From positions 79,918,001 to 79,982,000 of the forward strand of contig NC_091478.1 in NCBI RefSeq assembly GCF_036971445.1: 64,000 nucleotides of DNA, given 5' to 3'. The notes below the pieces were generated by a model. That model saw nothing but the letters and a program-made list of their open reading frames with translations, was not told the DNA's origin and made no database searches. Every line of letters begins with the position of its first letter. Positions within the stretch are counted from its first letter, which is position 1. Made by a program: the position numbers and the translations under genes. Below are positions 59,861-64,000 of the stretch, one piece after another. The stretch is from Narcine bancroftii. Lineage: Eukaryota.

Positions 59861-61948
59861 AGGCAAACAGAATTACAGGTGTGGCTATTCTCAATGGAGT
59901 GGAATTGGCAGACATTTTTTTTCTCGGAGTGAGGAAAGAGAGCTTTTCTTCTGCTTTGTCAGTCCTGAACCAGGGTTTTGACCCAAAACATTGATTATCA
60001 TTTCCCTCCATGGATGTTGCTCTAGATTCTGGTATCTGCAGCCTTTGCATCTTCATTGATTTTCCTTAGTTGGAAAACCAATTAAGTAAAAAAAGCATGT
60101 GCTTAGAGCACACAGAGTGTTTTCCAGTGCCAGATTTACCATGGTGCAGTTGAATGAGGGCCCCACAAAAGTCCCCCCCAACAATAAATGAAAGAGAAAA
60201 TATGTATGTTATATTTAATATAGTTGTGGGGCCTGGAAGAAAACGGAATTTTTAATCTATTATCTCACATTCAGCACTTATTGAATCTTAATGTCTTATC
60301 AGTTAGACGATGGAAGGGTTGAGGTGGAACCATTGTTGGGCTGTGCTTAGGGCATCAGTTGACCTTGATCTGGCCCAGGTTCAGGTGATTTATTGGCAAA
60401 TATATACAAACAATTGTCAAGTTGGTAAAAGACTATTTTTTGTCTCATGGAACATTCTTTCATTACTTTCTCCTTCAAGTAGGATAAGTCTTAGAATTAA
60501 ATCATTTTGATGTATCCCTGTATGGACCTAACAAGTCATTGGCTTCCAGACCATTCATTAGCCTGGCGGTCATATTTCTACAGGTTTCTGAAGCCTGAAC
60601 AACCACCTTCTGCTTTGAAGTTTGGGAACTTTTTCAAGTTGGACTTGTGTCATTGTTTTGCTGCAGGGGATAAGCTCCCAGCTAAATAAAAAAAAACATT
60701 TCACAGTGAAACCATGCAGTCCTGAATCTACAATCTTCCACACTTGAGAAGACCTCGACTCAACAAAGATACTGCAATTGTGACCATCTCTGAAAGTAGA
60801 AGTCGTACAATGAGAAGTGAATAGGAGGCTCGTTGCTGTCTGATACAGGAAAAGTCACCCCCAGGGTCTACTTCTGCTGCTTCCTCCTGATGGCTAAAGA
60901 GCTGCTGCCAGAATCATCTTATTCAATTAGCAACAAAGAGAAATTGAACTTTATTGCACAACATTGTCTGAAGAGGGCGCACAAAATAACTGAGGACTCC
61001 TTCCGCCCTGCATACTATCTGTTGTTCCTGTATCAGAATCAGCACAACTGGTTCCCAGCTAGGCTGAGGAATAGCTCCTTCCTGCGGGCTGTGAAAATGC
61101 GGAACAACCAAAGGAACTGCTCACACTAGATATCTGAGCGTCTCGTATGTACAAAGCAAAATTTATTTATTTGCAAAGATGAAATACTTGTCCTGCATAT
61201 GTATTTGTCTGTCTATGTGTTATGTCTGGTTATGTGTCTGCATGTTTTGCACTGAGGACCAGAGAACACTGTGACGTTGGGTTGTACTTTTACAATTAGA
61301 TGACAATAAACGACTCGATGTTGGTACGTGGCTTCTCTCGGCCATCAGTCAGGTGGAACATTTGCCTCAAATTCAGTTCATCACAGAAATTCATCTCCAG
61401 TTCAGCTTGCTTCTTGATAGAACACTGTGATACTAACAAAGCAGTGAAGACTGGTGCCAACCTTAACTTTGTCAATCCTGGAGGGGACAAAAAAATTGGC
61501 AACATTTATCCAGTAGATGGAGCTAACTGCATTGCATTCAATTTCCATTATTCCTTTAATTCTGCTATTTATTTCTGTGTGCAGAGATTGTTTAAAAAGG
61601 TTGAAGAAAGACTTCAGAAACATGAGGAATGTCTTCTGTTTATTAAAAAAAAATGGTCAGAGCAGCATATGCCCTGAAGAATACCAGTGATGCAAGTGTG
61701 AATATTGATGCTTTGTGTTTGTAAAGACATGCCTTTGCTGATGTTTTGAATGTTGACATAGGAGCATTTGTTTTGATGTTTACCATGGCTGGATCTGAAT
61801 TATATTTGTGGTATTTGATTTATAGTTAAAGTTCATACTTCGACACATTTCCTAACAAATAATGGACCAGAATAAATGAAACCTAAAATAGCAATTGGGT
61901 TAATGTTAATTGTAAAATCCAGGTCACAAAAAGATTTTCATAATACAT

Positions 61949-62431
61949 CTTCTTTGGCTTGGCTTCGCAGACGAAGATTTATGGAGGGGGTAAAAAGTCC
62001 ACGTCAGCTGCAGGCTCGTTTGTGGCTGACAAGTCCGATGCGGGACAGGCAGACACGGTTGCAGGGGAAAATTGGTTGGTTGGGGTTGGGTGTTGGGTTT
62101 TTCCTCCTTTGCCTTTTGTCAGTGAGGTGGGCTCTGCGGTCTTCTTCAAAGGAGGTTGCTGCCCGCCAAACTGTGAGGCGCCAAGATGCACGGTTTGAGG
62201 CGTTATCAGCCCACTGGCGGTGGTCAATGTGGCAGGTACCAAGAGATTTCTTTAGGCAGTCCTTGTACCTTTTCTTTGGTGCACCTCTGTCACGGTGGCC
62301 AGTGGAGAGCTCGCCATATAACACGATCTTGGGAAGGCGATGGTCCTCCATTCTGGAGACGTGACCCATCCAGCGCAGCTGGATCTTCAGCAGCATGGAC
62401 TCGATGCTGTCGACCTCTGCCATCTCGAGTA
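61949..62431 (-). mobile_element. RTE-clade LINE 3' fragment with perfect 10-bp TSD cataatacat
   Basis: TSD at 61939-61948 and 62432-62441; near-identical to 37741-38230. Confidence 0.93.
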
Positions 62432-62544
62432 CATAATACATAATGACAGCATAAAGGTTGCCCTGTAAGTGTTCTGCTGTATAAACTCAAGACTTTCAGG
62501 TATCTTTCTGCCAGGCTTTTTTTAGTGGGGGGGGGGGTGGAATC

Positions 62545-63300
62545 TGGATGTCATTGGCAAAGCCAACATCATTACCCATCTCTGATTGCCTTGAGGTCAT
62601 CTTCTTGAATTGCTGCAGGTCCAGTGAAGGTGCACCCCTGGTTCTGTTGGGAAGAGCGATTCAGGATCTACATCAAGTGTTGATGAAGGACTGGTGATGC
62701 ATTTCCAAGTCAGAATGCTGTGCAACTCGAAGGGGAACTTGAACTTGGCAGTATTGGCCCTCGTGGTGGTAGAGACTAAAAGTCTGGGTGCAGTCTGGGC
62801 ATGTAACTGCATTTTGTGATAGTACCTACCAATGGTGGAGGGAATGAATGTTTGGGATGGGAGAATTGAGTGCCATTCAAGCATGTTCAAATATCTCAGA
62901 ATGATGTTGAGCTTCTTGAAAATTATTGAAAGTGTATTTGTCTCATCTCATCAAAAACATTCCAACATTCTCCTGACGTGTGCCTTCGGGGTAGTGGAAA
63001 GGCATGGAGAATAGTGATGTCATAATGTAAATAATCTGCCTCTGTCCTACATTTGTAGCCATGATGTTTGTGGCTGGTCCAGATACGTTTCTGATCAATA
63101 GTGATACCCTGCTCTCTGGCCACTATTAGTGGGAGACTTGATGAGGCAATGCCATGGAACATTGAGAGTAGGTGGTTCAATTCTCCATTTGGAGATGGTC
63201 ATAATCTTCCACTTTTGTAACATAAATGTTATTTGTCACTTATCAGCCCATGTCTGAATGTTTCTAGGTCTTGCTGTATACAAGTGTGGATTGCTTCCTT
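62545..63300 (-). mobile_element. Old decayed LINE (CR1/L2-like) 3' portion
   Basis: Reverse-homologous to 23780-24450 (GITIDQK..W..HI motif); heavily mutated. Confidence 0.5.
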
Positions 63301-64000
63301 TGCTAAGAATTACACTGCTCTGCATAAGACCCTGTCACTCCTTGGAATATGCTGTTGGAAACTGGGATACATTACCCCTCTGTCTTTAGCAAGGTAAGTG
63401 GTAGCATGGGAATCCTTGGTTGCAATTCTGGGCAGAAGACTGGCCTGGGACGATCTTGCCCATTAACTAGTTCAAATTGTAATCGTAATATTTGCAAGTA
63501 TATTATTTAAGCCACCTAACTTTCAGACAAAATGTTAAATGAGGTCCCATCTTCCTTCCAAAGTAAATGTAAAATATCCCCTGATAATGCTTGAAGAGAA
63601 AAGGAGTTTGTATTAGTTTTTAAGTGAATGTTTATCTTTAAACCAACCAAACATCAAAAACAATTTGCTAAGTTCCTTTCTTTTATGGAATCTTGCTATG
63701 TATAACTTGCTGCACTCAAGTTAAGTCTTTCATGTGATCCCAAGGTCATGAAAGCATCTACATAAATACAAGTTCTTTCTTTATCAAAATGTCATCATTA
63801 TAATTCAGTGAAATGACATTTCTCTGATTTTAATAAAGACTTGAATTATAACAGCCGTGAGCTACTAATAATATCCCTTGGTTCTTGTTGTCTGGCCTTC
63901 AGAGAGTCCAATAAATGAAATCAAACAACGAGCTGGAAAGAAAGTCATATTTACAATGGGATCCAGCTTGCCCAATGTTTCCACAGCTAGTTCTTGGGCA

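Noticed and set aside
61300-61500. Strong minus-strand acceptor at 61478 as an exon of a neighbouring gene such as MMP2
   Set aside because: No frame resembles MMP2 or any protein I recognise, and the donor is weak; no MMP2 exon was found in the window.

Overview
Eukaryotic vertebrate genomic DNA. The repeat complement (CR1, Rex1, Penelope-like, RTE, L1/Tx1, HE1-like SINEs) suggests a cartilaginous fish, probably a ray; this is inference. The only host gene I can support is the 5' half of LPCAT2 (lysophosphatidylcholine acyltransferase 2 / lyso-PAF acetyltransferase) on the minus strand. Seven coding exons were reconstructed by hand (28905-28759, 27961-27819, 11673-11453, 10160-10048, 9948-9888, 6499-6441, 5082-5048), with GT-AG boundaries, matching phases and the HxxxxD and FPEGT motifs; the gene continues beyond position 1. 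The rest is dominated by transposons: a SCAN-gag (Gmr1-like) Gypsy element apparently lacking integrase, with a second Gypsy nested in its LTR; a 1.4-kb two-LTR element retaining only integrase (perfect TSD); solo LTRs; young RTE copies; CR1, Rex1, L1 and Penelope fragments; a hAT transposase relic; and MITEs. Two large minisatellites (29 bp x ~69, 58 bp x ~50) explain all the very long ORFs, and both arose inside transposons. I found no CRISPR array, RNA gene or clearly new multi-gene system. The most interesting leads are hammerhead-like motifs in Penelope-derived repeats, the MITE-borne and L1-ORF1-borne minisatellites, a 5'-inverted CR1, the deleted LTR elements, a young solo LTR oriented toward LPCAT2, and a candidate alternative LPCAT2 exon 2.
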